Shown one piece after another: positions 53,758 to 63,347 of a stretch of 64,000 bases of DNA. The notes under the pieces are model-generated. The model was not told the origin of the DNA, did not search any database, and worked only from the letters and a program-made list of their open reading frames with translations. This DNA comes from a virus, in UHGV virus genome UHGV-0090252. One strand, given 5' to 3'. Numbering within the stretch: the first letter of the stretch is position 1; the number at the start of each line of letters is the position of its first letter. Position numbers and translations under genes: made by a program.

Positions 53758-54283
53758 GGTTTACCTTAGAAATGTTTGTTGCAAATTCACATTGAGCAAT
53801 AACTTTCATGTTGTTATAGACATCTTGAGAATATTTCTTAGCTTTAGGGATTCTGTACGAATACCCAGCATTATATGATGCTAAAACTTTTTGTAAAGTC
53901 TTCTTTGACTTTGGCTGACCATGCACCTTTGTCCAAAACTCAAGTTCTTTGTGCGTTTCCTTCGCAGCATAGTTAAAGTCTTTTAAGAGTTTCTTTTTAG
54001 CCACATTAGGACTAATTTTGTTACGCTTTACAACAGTCTTCAAGTGATTCTGGAAAATACCATAATCATGTGTCTTTTTATTCTCTACCTTCAGACCTAA
54101 CTCTGACTCTTGTAAGGCTATAGCAGCTAGAGTGATACCCCAACCTTTACCCATGTTGTTCTCACCATACTGGTAAGCTTTTAACATGTTTACTTTTTGG
54201 CTAATTGATAGCTCTGGGCAGTCAACTGCATAAGATAAGTGTGCTGTAAACATTAAGCACAAACCTAGAATCAATTTCTTCAT
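53735..54283 (-). CDS. secreted lytic transglycosylase (SLT domain)
   Basis: 182 aa; signal peptide; SLT-like motifs ALQESELG, YGIFQ, AYNAGYSY. Confidence 0.65.
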   Translation of the reverse strand: MKKLILGLCLMFTAHLSYAVDCPELSISQKVNMLKAYQYGENNMGKGWGITLAAIALQESELGLKVENKKTHDYGIFQNHLKTVVKRNKISPNVAKKKLLKDFNYAAKETHKELEFWTKVHGQPKSKKTLQKVLASYNAGYSYRIPKAKKYSQDVYNNMKVIAQCEFATNISKVNHEKIKKV

Positions 54284-54383
54284 TGGTTCTCCTGTTTAGT
54301 TTATCGTGACAACAATTATACAGCACTCTGCACAAAATACAAATAAAAAAGGCCGCCGAAGCAGCCTTTTAAGAAATTACTTA

Positions 54384-55493
54384 TTAGATTTCACGTTTAC
54401 GCTGAGAGATGAGTTCACCAGCAGTACCAACGATGACATGTAAAGCTTCAGTCTTGCCATCCCATGCTTTCAACACTTTACGTTGATTATCAACGATTGC
54501 TGCAACTTCATAACGAGATGAGCGCATCTTCATATCGTTGTAATCAGTTGGAACAGATACAACATCTCGTGGATGGACACGAACCTTCAGAATTGTATCA
54601 CCTGAGAAACAACGAACATAATCCCAAGCACCAACGTGAAGACCTTGAGAGCAAGTCACGTTACGGTTATTATCAACCATCCAACGTGGCATTTCTACAA
54701 CGTTGCCCAAATCATTAGGCACTCTGTAGGTGTGAGAATCAACCAGCTTGCCTTCACGAGTAGAGACTTTCTTCCAACCAATGATGTAGCCTTCTTCATC
54801 AATTTCAACATCAAGGTGAGATACGAAGCCCCAAAGTTGTTCTACAGAGTCTTTAGATGGGTTTTCCATCAGTTTTTCGAAGAACATCACAAGGCGTTCA
54901 AAGCCTTTATCCCCAGTCTTCATCATGTGAAGAATACGGTCAACCAGAGTAGAACGCATCTCAACAGCACCGTAGAACAGCTTGTCACCTTTGATTGTGA
55001 TAGCACCCTGAGTGAAGTTCTCGATAGACTTACGAATGTTCATCAGTTCAAAGGCTTTCTTAAACTCACCTTTCACAACATGAACTACAATCTCTTGATA
55101 GTTCGGATGAGTAGACTCAACAATTTCAGATTCTGAACCGTAAGTCATAATTACAGAGTCACCAGTAATCATGTACTCTATCTTGTCATCTTTCTGCATA
55201 GCTTCATGCAGTTTATTTACTGGAGCTTTCTGTACAGACTCTTTAACGACCTTTTCAACTTGTTTGCCAGATTTCTTTTTAAAAGTCTTAGCAACTTGTT
55301 TCAAAGTCTTCGTAGCTGGTGTAGAAGTCGCCTTCTTATTACCTTTTAAGGTTGCTTCATGACGCTCTACAGCACGACCAACTGAACGGGTTGAAGTATT
55401 AAATTTCTGTGCAATAGCTGTTTTAGTCAGCTTACCTTCTTTAACCAGTTTGTAAATTTCTGCGTCAATCTGTGCTTTAGTTTTAGTAGTCAT
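54384..55493 (-). CDS. rIIB: rIIB-like protein
   Basis: 369 aa immediately downstream of the rIIA-like gene; assignment by synteny only. Confidence 0.45.
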   Translation of the reverse strand: MTTKTKAQIDAEIYKLVKEGKLTKTAIAQKFNTSTRSVGRAVERHEATLKGNKKATSTPATKTLKQVAKTFKKKSGKQVEKVVKESVQKAPVNKLHEAMQKDDKIEYMITGDSVIMTYGSESEIVESTHPNYQEIVVHVVKGEFKKAFELMNIRKSIENFTQGAITIKGDKLFYGAVEMRSTLVDRILHMMKTGDKGFERLVMFFEKLMENPSKDSVEQLWGFVSHLDVEIDEEGYIIGWKKVSTREGKLVDSHTYRVPNDLGNVVEMPRWMVDNNRNVTCSQGLHVGAWDYVRCFSGDTILKVRVHPRDVVSVPTDYNDMKMRSSRYEVAAIVDNQRKVLKAWDGKTEALHVIVGTAGELISQRKREI

Positions 55494-55572
55494 CTTATTA
55501 CTCTCTCTTGTTAGTTAATAAATCATTTTGTGAGGTTATTCTAAGGGGCTTCAAAGCCCCTTGTCAAACACT

Positions 55573-57939
55573 TTAATCGTAAACTGTTGTACCTTCTGGA
55601 ACACATTTTACATCAAAGCCTAAGAACTTACTCACTTCGATGGGGGACACTTTATTCCAATCTAAATGAGAAAGCAAGAAGTTTTCTTGTTTTCTTTTTG
55701 AAAGGTAGTTTGTCACCTTAATGACCATGCGGTCACCAGCTTTCTTAATTTTCTTGTACAGCTTTGTATCATTGTCAAGGCATTCTTTCAAAGTTTGCAA
55801 TCTACTAATAGTGTAAGTGTATGCAAACGGTGCAGCAACGTATTGGATTTTACCAAACATTGCCTCAACAGCATCTTCATTACCTTCTAAGAAGATAGTT
55901 TTGTTTGTGTCTCGTGAATAGCAATAGCCACGAGAAATCTTCCTGTTATTGAACGTAAAGTTTCTGGCAATAATCCAGCTACTTGTAAGGTCAAGAACAC
56001 CATTCATGTAGATGCGTGTCATATACCTGTTATGATTAATCCAATGAACATCAGTTAAGCTGTCGTTCAAGAGCTTCTCATCTACTTCAATCCAGTCTTC
56101 TGGTATCTTTTTCCAATTTGCTTTTCGGAAAACATAGACTGTCTTTCCAATAACATTAGCAACTGACTTAGCTACATCTTCTGGGGATGAGCAAAAACAT
56201 TCACCATCAACTGTGTCACCAATTGCCTTAATGTAAAGCTGAGGTTCTTCAATTGTGTCTAAGTCCTCTGAAACCTCTTTATAGGAAGCTACACCTTCTG
56301 CTGGAACAGCTTTCCAGAGTTTTACAACACCCCTTACAGCTTCTTTGCGCTGGTAATGGTGCTCCTTATCAGACATTTTCACAATCTTTAACAAGCTTTT
56401 ATCAAGTTTGTGTAGATTGATTAAATCATCTAACTCTTTTTCAGTCGAGAATACAAACACAATACCATTGTATCTGTGGAACAAACTTGACTCGTTGGCG
56501 TAGTCTCGACATGCACCACGCAGAATCTGATTGCGGCCTACAGTCTTCTCAGTACCATTTTTATTGCGACGGTCATTAATAACAAACAAAAACTGTTCAA
56601 TTTGACTTTTACGCATTGCACCAAAGATATTGAACATGCTTGCTTCTTGAGTGTAGGAAAGTGCTGTTGCACGAATCTTACTCTCTAAAGAGTTAAACTT
56701 AACATAAGCAACTGGATTGTATAGGTAGTCAACTTTAGGGATATTGTTTCCTTTGCTGTCAACCTTAATATTGCCTTTGCCGTCACGTTCATAGATGACT
56801 GAGCCGTCTTCTGCGTAGATAATTCCACGACGAATGTTTAGCAATTCTTCTTCCAGAGAATCAAGCTTAACACCTCCCCACTCTAGCTTTGGACACACAG
56901 CATTAAACATTTCTCGTGAGTTCAAACGTAATTCTGCATAAGCCTGTGCAGCATCCATGAGTGTAGGTTGGCTATTAACCCCCTTAATAACATCCCTTGT
57001 AATTGCTTCAGTTATCTTTTTGGTAGCCTCAATGATGACATTTTTTGTCGTATCATTCATCTGCAATGCTTCACGAGAAGCTGCAATAGCCACTGAACCA
57101 ATAGGCATGTAGATGTTTACAAGGTCTACGCTCCTACGGAAAAATTCTGGCAAGACTTTGAAGAAATCATCACCAAGTAATGCTTCCATATTAACTGGGT
57201 AGGCAATATTACCCATTACCACATTAAAATCTGTCCTGTTGCCACTAGAACGCCAGCTTTGCTTATGAATCATAGCATCATAAACACCTTCTTCACGGGC
57301 AATGACGTTCATATCTGCTAACACGTCATCATACACAATGTTACTTTCTGGTTTTACAGCAAAGTATGAGTATACGTGACCAGCCTCTTCAAAGAACTTT
57401 GAAATACGGTGGTCAGCAACTGCCACACGTACAGCTAAGCCATTAGGTTCATTTGTTGGGTTAGTAGTAAGCTTAGTCACTTGAGGGATACCATTCTCAA
57501 GGTAAACAGAGTATTTATTAACAACACCATCAACATAGCTAGACACCGTGAATGACTGAGCAATTGCAAACGGTGACTTTGAGCCGATACCCATTGCACC
57601 AATGTAGTCATTAGAGTCGTTCTTCGTAGAAGCCCCGTAGTTCAGGTACAAACTCATTACTTTGTCATGGGTTAAACCAGTTCCAAAGTCACGGACTTCA
57701 AAGTAAGGCTCAAATCGAGTAGGCAAATGCACATGGAATGGGATGTTCTCTTTTCCAGCTTCTTTCTGAGCATCTACTGCATTACATGACAGTTCACGAA
57801 TCACTGCCCTTTCTTTGAAAGTGTATACACCAGAACTCAGAAGGCTGAACATTTCAGGTGTCATTGTAATCTGTGCTTGAGATGTCTCCAAAGAAGTTGA
57901 ACTCTTAATCACTTCTGCGTGGTCGTTTACCATGCGCAT
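55573..57939 (-). CDS. rIIA: rIIA-like protein (N-terminal GHKL-type ATPase domain)
   Basis: 788 aa; histidine-kinase-like ATPase boxes ELSCNAVDA, DFGTGL, GAMGIGSKS. Confidence 0.65.
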   Translation of the reverse strand: MRMVNDHAEVIKSSTSLETSQAQITMTPEMFSLLSSGVYTFKERAVIRELSCNAVDAQKEAGKENIPFHVHLPTRFEPYFEVRDFGTGLTHDKVMSLYLNYGASTKNDSNDYIGAMGIGSKSPFAIAQSFTVSSYVDGVVNKYSVYLENGIPQVTKLTTNPTNEPNGLAVRVAVADHRISKFFEEAGHVYSYFAVKPESNIVYDDVLADMNVIAREEGVYDAMIHKQSWRSSGNRTDFNVVMGNIAYPVNMEALLGDDFFKVLPEFFRRSVDLVNIYMPIGSVAIAASREALQMNDTTKNVIIEATKKITEAITRDVIKGVNSQPTLMDAAQAYAELRLNSREMFNAVCPKLEWGGVKLDSLEEELLNIRRGIIYAEDGSVIYERDGKGNIKVDSKGNNIPKVDYLYNPVAYVKFNSLESKIRATALSYTQEASMFNIFGAMRKSQIEQFLFVINDRRNKNGTEKTVGRNQILRGACRDYANESSLFHRYNGIVFVFSTEKELDDLINLHKLDKSLLKIVKMSDKEHHYQRKEAVRGVVKLWKAVPAEGVASYKEVSEDLDTIEEPQLYIKAIGDTVDGECFCSSPEDVAKSVANVIGKTVYVFRKANWKKIPEDWIEVDEKLLNDSLTDVHWINHNRYMTRIYMNGVLDLTSSWIIARNFTFNNRKISRGYCYSRDTNKTIFLEGNEDAVEAMFGKIQYVAAPFAYTYTISRLQTLKECLDNDTKLYKKIKKAGDRMVIKVTNYLSKRKQENFLLSHLDWNKVSPIEVSKFLGFDVKCVPEGTTVYD

Positions 57940-57967
57940 AATACTTTCCTCTTAGTTTGCTGTTAAA

Positions 57968-58144
57968 TCACTTATTAAACATTTTACCAGAACCACCACA
58001 CATAGGGCAACAGCCTGCTCTTGTATACCCTTCCCCGTTGCAGCAGTCGCACTTCTTGTGCTCTGCATAGTAATTGCAAAGAAGGTAAACAAATACTGCT
58101 ACACTACCAAGTGACAGTAAAATTTCTATCCAATATGCTTGCAT
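57968..58144 (-). CDS. small membrane protein with C-terminal zinc ribbon (not in ORF track, 58 aa)
   Basis: Own translation: MQAYWIEILLSLGSVAVFVYLLCNYYAEHKKCDCCNGEGYTRAGCCPMCGGSGKMFNK; GAGGTGA RBS. Confidence 0.4.
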   Translation of the reverse strand: MQAYWIEILLSLGSVAVFVYLLCNYYAEHKKCDCCNGEGYTRAGCCPMCGGSGKMFNK

Positions 58145-58473
58145 GACTCACCTCTCATATTTTTGTAAAGGATAAAGCTTCTGTCATGGACGATACTTGT
58201 AGACACTGCAAAGTTACTTTCAAGCATCTGTTTATTTGGATTGTAGAAGTTTTCTTTAAACTCATCAAGAGCAAATTGGTGATGTTGTGGAAGACCTTTT
58301 ACACAGACTTTTATTGTGATTGCTGCTGCAACCTTACCCGTAAGTTCTTCTTTAGCTGCTACTAAAATTTTGTTAAGAAACTTTTTACCATCTTCAGGTT
58401 TCTTAATGTTTTCCCAACGTTCTTCTAGGACAACGTTGATGTTCATCTCTTTGATTTTCATAACTTTTACCAA
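58126..58473 (-). CDS. hypothetical protein
   Basis: 115 aa. Confidence 0.45.
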   Translation of the reverse strand: MVKVMKIKEMNINVVLEERWENIKKPEDGKKFLNKILVAAKEELTGKVAAAITIKVCVKGLPQHHQFALDEFKENFYNPNKQMLESNFAVSTSIVHDRSFILYKNMRGESCKHIG

Positions 58474-58811
58474 GTCCAGTTAACAAGTATACCATCAAAA
58501 CCTTTTGCTAAAGGTACACCCTCATGTTCATAAAATTCAGGATTAACTTCGAATCCACGATTCTCAATATACTCTATCATGTATTCCATTACAAAGCTAA
58601 TCTCTTCATAGTCATCTGGGTCTCTGCCAAAGAACTGTTCTATGACAAACATACCCTCTTTCGTAGCAAACTGACAATGGTGATTATAGATACCTTCACA
58701 GAACTTTTCAAACTTTTCCTTACCGAGAACTTCAAGGATGTCTGTATAGGCAACTTGTAAGTATTTAGGTTGTACAGGTTTCTTGTTAAACCATATAGAA
58801 AGGCTATCCAT
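58467..58811 (-). CDS. hypothetical protein
   Basis: 114 aa. Confidence 0.45.
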   Translation of the reverse strand: MDSLSIWFNKKPVQPKYLQVAYTDILEVLGKEKFEKFCEGIYNHHCQFATKEGMFVIEQFFGRDPDDYEEISFVMEYMIEYIENRGFEVNPEFYEHEGVPLAKGFDGILVNWTW

Positions 58812-58864
58812 AGTTTTCTCCAGAAATTAAAAAGGCTCCCGTAGGAGCCTCTTATCATATACTT

Positions 58865-60646
58865 TTAAAGCTGCTTGTCAATATTGTTTCGAATATCACC
58901 AAGAGTTGTGTAACCGAACTGCTCAGAGTCACTAAAGACTAAACGTAAAGCACAAGCTGGATGTTCAAGTGCATCTGCAAAGCTCTGGAATCCATAGCCA
59001 TCTACAGCTTTCAACTTATCACCATCCCACATAGGTGCTACACCACCAAAAGCAGACTTCTTAACACCACTATCTGTTTTAGGGTCTTTTGCAAGCATAA
59101 TCTCTTTACCACCAATGCTTGCAAGAGTTGCTTTAACAGCAAATGCAAAGGTGTCACGAGTCATGTACTGGTAAGTGTAAGAGCCTACGCCAAACACTAC
59201 GTTAGAGCTTGCAAAACCCATTTCATACAGACGCTTCAGTATTTCGTTTGCACGTTCCAGCGTGATAGAGTCGCCATAGATAAGACCGATATGCTCATCC
59301 AGTACCTTAAACCCTTTAGAGTTGATAGTCCCACCAAAGATGTTGTACAGTGTCTTAATAGCTCCATCAATTTCAGCTACAGGACGTGTTACAACGTTTG
59401 CAGAGCCGTTGATGTAAGCATCTTTCAGCAACACTGTATCGGCTACTTCAAAGTCTTCTCTGTCAACCACCATTTCATAGCCTTCTGCACGTAACCACCC
59501 AGCCATAACATAGTTAATATCTTCAAGCTTCATGTTCAGGACGGTGCTCAACATTGTGTCACTGGCATTCTGCTTGATAAGGTGCTCGTAATAAGCCTTC
59601 TTAGCACACTCTAAGTGGATTGCTTTATAACCTGTGACAATATGTACAGGGTCTCCAGAGTCAGGGCGAATTACCAGCTTACCATCACGTTCCATAATTT
59701 CTTTACGAAGTGCTGGTAAGATTTCTGACACAGTTCTCCAGAAGTTATAAGTATCTGAAACAATACTTGCAATACCAGTTGGGTAAGTTTCTGTTAAGAA
59801 ACGACGGAAGGTTTGTAACTCACCGTTAAAGCGTCTTTCCTCTTCAATCAATTCATTACCACCTTCCCAAGCGATGTTTGCACACATCACAGAGTGTTCA
59901 GTAGCTGGTACAGAACTACCAATGTCAGAGATTGGGTAAGACTGTCCATAGATACGTTTAGCTGTGTATACAGCAGGGAAGCTATCAGTCCCTTTAAAGC
60001 TGGTTAAGTGACCTACAGCGTTAAATGCGTCATCAGTAAAGCCGGACATACCACGCATAGCAAAGTCATGGCACTGATAAGGTAAATGTAAGTCATTGTC
60101 GCAAGTAAGGTCAGCCAACTTCTTACAGATGCGTTTGTAATGTAATGCAATAGTTGCAATGGTGCAAGCCTTCCAAATCTCAGCAGAGAAAGCATCTTCC
60201 AGATACCCTGCTACCCAATGGAAACCTGAAACAGTGTTCTGGAAGACAATCATTGGGACACGCATAGGAACAACTGTACCTTCTTCTACAGCGTATACTT
60301 CAACTGGTAGATAGCCTAAGTCGTGAAGTGCTTCCCAATGCTCTCGACCGATAGCATCTTTACCCAGAACACCATTCATGACTTCTAAGATTTCATCAAT
60401 TGCTTCTTTCTTATCACGTTCAAAGAAAGTGGCGTTCCAGTGGTCTATCAAGTAATCTTTAACAAAACGTTGAATACCAAAAGCCACTACACCGTCAATT
60501 GCTAAAGGACTGTTAAACCATTTATCACTACGTGGTGTCAGGTTGAACATCAAGTATTCTGTTGCACTAGGGTACTGGTAAACATGACCAGATTTGTAAG
60601 CATCTGCGTTTAAACCTGCTGGTACTGCATAAAGTGATTTAGTCAT
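58865..60646 (-). CDS. nicotinamide phosphoribosyltransferase-family enzyme (NAMPT/NadV-like; candidate NARP1 Namat)
   Basis: 593 aa; NAMPT-like motifs DAYKSGH, CHDFAMRGMSG, SFKGTDS, VPATEHS, VSDTYN, IRPDSGDP; longer than canonical NAMPT. Confidence 0.8.
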   Translation of the reverse strand: MTKSLYAVPAGLNADAYKSGHVYQYPSATEYLMFNLTPRSDKWFNSPLAIDGVVAFGIQRFVKDYLIDHWNATFFERDKKEAIDEILEVMNGVLGKDAIGREHWEALHDLGYLPVEVYAVEEGTVVPMRVPMIVFQNTVSGFHWVAGYLEDAFSAEIWKACTIATIALHYKRICKKLADLTCDNDLHLPYQCHDFAMRGMSGFTDDAFNAVGHLTSFKGTDSFPAVYTAKRIYGQSYPISDIGSSVPATEHSVMCANIAWEGGNELIEEERRFNGELQTFRRFLTETYPTGIASIVSDTYNFWRTVSEILPALRKEIMERDGKLVIRPDSGDPVHIVTGYKAIHLECAKKAYYEHLIKQNASDTMLSTVLNMKLEDINYVMAGWLRAEGYEMVVDREDFEVADTVLLKDAYINGSANVVTRPVAEIDGAIKTLYNIFGGTINSKGFKVLDEHIGLIYGDSITLERANEILKRLYEMGFASSNVVFGVGSYTYQYMTRDTFAFAVKATLASIGGKEIMLAKDPKTDSGVKKSAFGGVAPMWDGDKLKAVDGYGFQSFADALEHPACALRLVFSDSEQFGYTTLGDIRNNIDKQL

Positions 60647-60691
60647 CTTTTAATCTCTCTCAAAATGGGGCTTTCAAGCCCCTATAAAGTT

Positions 60692-61573
60692 TCAATCAAT
60701 GGTTGCTACAGTAACTTGGGCGTAATGTGTTAAGCCACGGTCTTTAGCTTCACCTAAAGTGTTTGTAGTGTAGATATGGTCAATACCATTGTCAAGTAAG
60801 TTTTCAACACCTTTAGAGAAAATACCATGAGTTACATAGAGTTCCACACGTTTTGCACCTGCTTCACGTAGGTGTTTAGCTGCCTCTACGAAGGTTCGAC
60901 CACCATCACAGATATCATCAAGAATCATGACAGTTTTATCGGTCAAATCAACATCGTCAAGGATTCGCATACCAGTGATTTCTCCAGTCTTAAGATTGCG
61001 CACCTTAGACATTGTGATATACGGTTTATCCACCTCTTTAGCGGTATCTTCAGTCTTCTTAGCTGCACCTGCATCTGGGGCTACCAAGAAATCAATGCGT
61101 GGGTCACTTGCAAAGTGTACTGCCACATCTTTTTGCTTCATGCTCTGAAAGCACTTAAATAAGTTTTCTGCAACATTACTGTGAGGGTCAAGAGCACATA
61201 CTGCATCAAAGCCCATTGCATTAACTAGGTTGGCAAAGACTTTCAGTGCTGCTGCATCACCTTTGAACATGTGGCGGTCATATCGAGCATTTGGTAAGAA
61301 CCCGAAAACAACGGTTTTCATCGCTGATTTCTGGGGAACAAGACTGTCAACGGCATCCTTAGCCAAAGCTAATGCAAACAGTGTATCCTTGTCATATCCC
61401 TGTACAGTAATTATAACATTATCAATCTTACCAGCATTACGCTCAGTAAACTTAACAAAATCTTCAGAGAAGTTTCCACCAATTTCTCCAGATGGGAATT
61501 GAATGATATTAAATTTTTCTGTGTGGAAGAATTTCTCTTGTGCGGTGACGACGGCTTCAATAACAGTTTTCAT
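60692..61573 (-). CDS. ribose-phosphate pyrophosphokinase-family enzyme (PRPP synthetase-like; candidate NARP1 Adps)
   Basis: 293 aa; PRPP-binding loop VMILDDICDGGRT and Prs-like N-terminal domain; adjacent to the NAMPT-family gene. Confidence 0.8.
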   Translation of the reverse strand: MKTVIEAVVTAQEKFFHTEKFNIIQFPSGEIGGNFSEDFVKFTERNAGKIDNVIITVQGYDKDTLFALALAKDAVDSLVPQKSAMKTVVFGFLPNARYDRHMFKGDAAALKVFANLVNAMGFDAVCALDPHSNVAENLFKCFQSMKQKDVAVHFASDPRIDFLVAPDAGAAKKTEDTAKEVDKPYITMSKVRNLKTGEITGMRILDDVDLTDKTVMILDDICDGGRTFVEAAKHLREAGAKRVELYVTHGIFSKGVENLLDNGIDHIYTTNTLGEAKDRGLTHYAQVTVATID

Positions 61574-61584
61574 AGTTTTCTCTC

Positions 61585-61863
61585 TCAGTCAAAAGTTACG
61601 TTTGTTACTGCCATTGCAGATTTGCATTTTGCAGGGTCTACAACGTGATAAAGTACACTACAGTTACCTGTGCTGTCTGGTACAGGCTTTACCCATTGCT
61701 GCTTTATAGTTGGCTCCCCTAAGTCTTTGTAAGAGCCATCTGTAAAGTTGTTTACCATCTCAAGTGCAATTGGTTCTGGAACATGGCCACGTATCATGTA
61801 CATTTCACAACCATTACCGCCTTCACTGACTAATGGTAAAATCTCCCACTTCTCTTTAGCCAT
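61585..61863 (-). CDS. hypothetical protein
   Basis: 92 aa. Confidence 0.45.
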   Translation of the reverse strand: MAKEKWEILPLVSEGGNGCEMYMIRGHVPEPIALEMVNNFTDGSYKDLGEPTIKQQWVKPVPDSTGNCSVLYHVVDPAKCKSAMAVTNVTFD

Positions 61864-62371
61864 TATAAGTTGCCCTATAAACTGTCTCGAACTTCAACAG
61901 GAGAGATATTGCCAAATCTGTATAGTTGTTGTCAAGCACATCTGGCATATTATTTTTGATATATTTCTCTTGCTCTTCATAGGTCATCTTAGGTGTGCTT
62001 AGAAGGTTGTCCCCTTGCTTCTGGTTATCAAGTTTAGTCTGGATAAACCAGTTTGCACAGTGATGCTCACCACCCTTTGTAACAGGTTTGTGGTGGCCTA
62101 ATGTAAATGTTTGCTTACCTGTATACCTGCAAAGATTGTTCAGTGTTGCAATAGTGTTCTTCACAACACACCATTCATACAGGTTATCTATTGTGTAGTG
62201 TGGGTAATAACGGACAAGTACTCTTTCACGGAAGTTATCACGATTCCAAAGAACCATGTGATTCGAGTTAGAAGGGTCGTATTGGTGGGAGTCAATGAAC
62301 TCTTGACGTTCCTCAAAGCTGAGTCTTAGAACTGACATTGCAGCCGAACGTTTCAGGTTTGACAGATACAT
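61856..62371 (-). CDS. HNH endonuclease (putative homing endonuclease)
   Basis: 171 aa; HNH-like motif GHHKPVTKGGEHHCANW...N. Confidence 0.5.
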   Translation of the reverse strand: MYLSNLKRSAAMSVLRLSFEERQEFIDSHQYDPSNSNHMVLWNRDNFRERVLVRYYPHYTIDNLYEWCVVKNTIATLNNLCRYTGKQTFTLGHHKPVTKGGEHHCANWFIQTKLDNQKQGDNLLSTPKMTYEEQEKYIKNNMPDVLDNNYTDLAISLLLKFETVYRATYNG

Positions 62372-62422
62372 ATCATCTCCAAAATAAAAAGGGAACCTTT
62401 ACAGTTCCCTTATAGTATCTGT

Positions 62423-62743
62423 TTACTGAACTACTTTCAAGATGCTTGTGAATGAAATCTCACTCTCATCCATAAACTCTTTTGCTTCTCCAGTAACTTT
62501 TACAAAGTTATCTAGGCAGATAATCTTCTTATCTTTCTTGCTATAGGTTAGCTTGACCTTTTCGATATCTTTCTTAGAGTTTTTCTCTTCATTAAAGAGC
62601 TTCACAGCTTCTTTAAATGGTAGGTATGAGCCATCATCATCGCTAATAAAACCTGTACCACAATAGTAGAAGTTGTATTCTTTAGCCATAAACTGACACA
62701 GTACGAAAATCTGTAATTTGCGAGTGTTATAGATTTTGCTCAT
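62423..62743 (-). CDS. hypothetical protein
   Basis: 106 aa. Confidence 0.45.
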   Translation of the reverse strand: MSKIYNTRKLQIFVLCQFMAKEYNFYYCGTGFISDDDGSYLPFKEAVKLFNEEKNSKKDIEKVKLTYSKKDKKIICLDNFVKVTGEAKEFMDESEISFTSILKVVQ

Positions 62744-62745
62744 GA

Positions 62746-63003
62746 TTATTTAGCCTTCTTATTACGTTTACGGTTACGAGCTTTCTTAGCTGCTCGTTTA
62801 ATAGCTGCTGCACCAGACGGACGATGGGCTTGTTTCTTACCACCTTTGCCACGGCCTACATAGATACTTTTCATAATCTCATTAGCCAGCTTCTCATCCA
62901 TCTTGAAGTTCTGCATAAGATGAGTCACATCAACTCCAGTGAGCATACCTAATGAAGCTAGTGCTGCTTTTACTTTTGATTTAAAACTATTCCAGATTCC
63001 CAT
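62746..63003 (-). CDS. small protein with highly basic C-terminus
   Basis: 85 aa; C-terminal KRAAKKARNRKRNKKAK. Confidence 0.45.
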   Translation of the reverse strand: MGIWNSFKSKVKAALASLGMLTGVDVTHLMQNFKMDEKLANEIMKSIYVGRGKGGKKQAHRPSGAAAIKRAAKKARNRKRNKKAK

Positions 63004-63347
63004 TTCGTATCTCTCTCAATCTTTTCACAAAATGTTTTAAGTTCTTCTTCAGTGACACCAACAATACTGTCTCCGACGTTTAAATTTGTTTTGTAGAACA
63101 TTGTGTAGTGACCTTTACCGACAACTTCAAATGTTCCAGCCTTCTCAATCTCTGCTAAGGCTTCCATTCCAACATTACCGAAAAGTGAGTTTGTATACTT
63201 TCTCCATTCATCAAGGAGTTCGGTCTTAACTTTGTAAGTACCTAATAAAGCACTGTTAAAAGAAAGAACCATTATTTCACCTTTTCCGTAACCCACTTTA
63301 CGACGAGACTTACTCGGCTCTCCACTGACAATCACCTTGCCACCCAT
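62970..63347 (-). CDS. hypothetical protein (start uncertain)
   Basis: ORF track start 63428 overlaps nrdG by 119 nt; internal ATG at 63347 (GGAG RBS) or 63272 is more plausible. Confidence 0.35.
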   Translation of the reverse strand: MGGKVIVSGEPSKSRRKVGYGKGEIMVLSFNSALLGTYKVKTELLDEWRKYTNSLFGNVGMEALAEIEKAGTFEVVGKGHYTMFYKTNLNVGDSIVGVTEEELKTFCEKIERDTKWESGIVLNQK

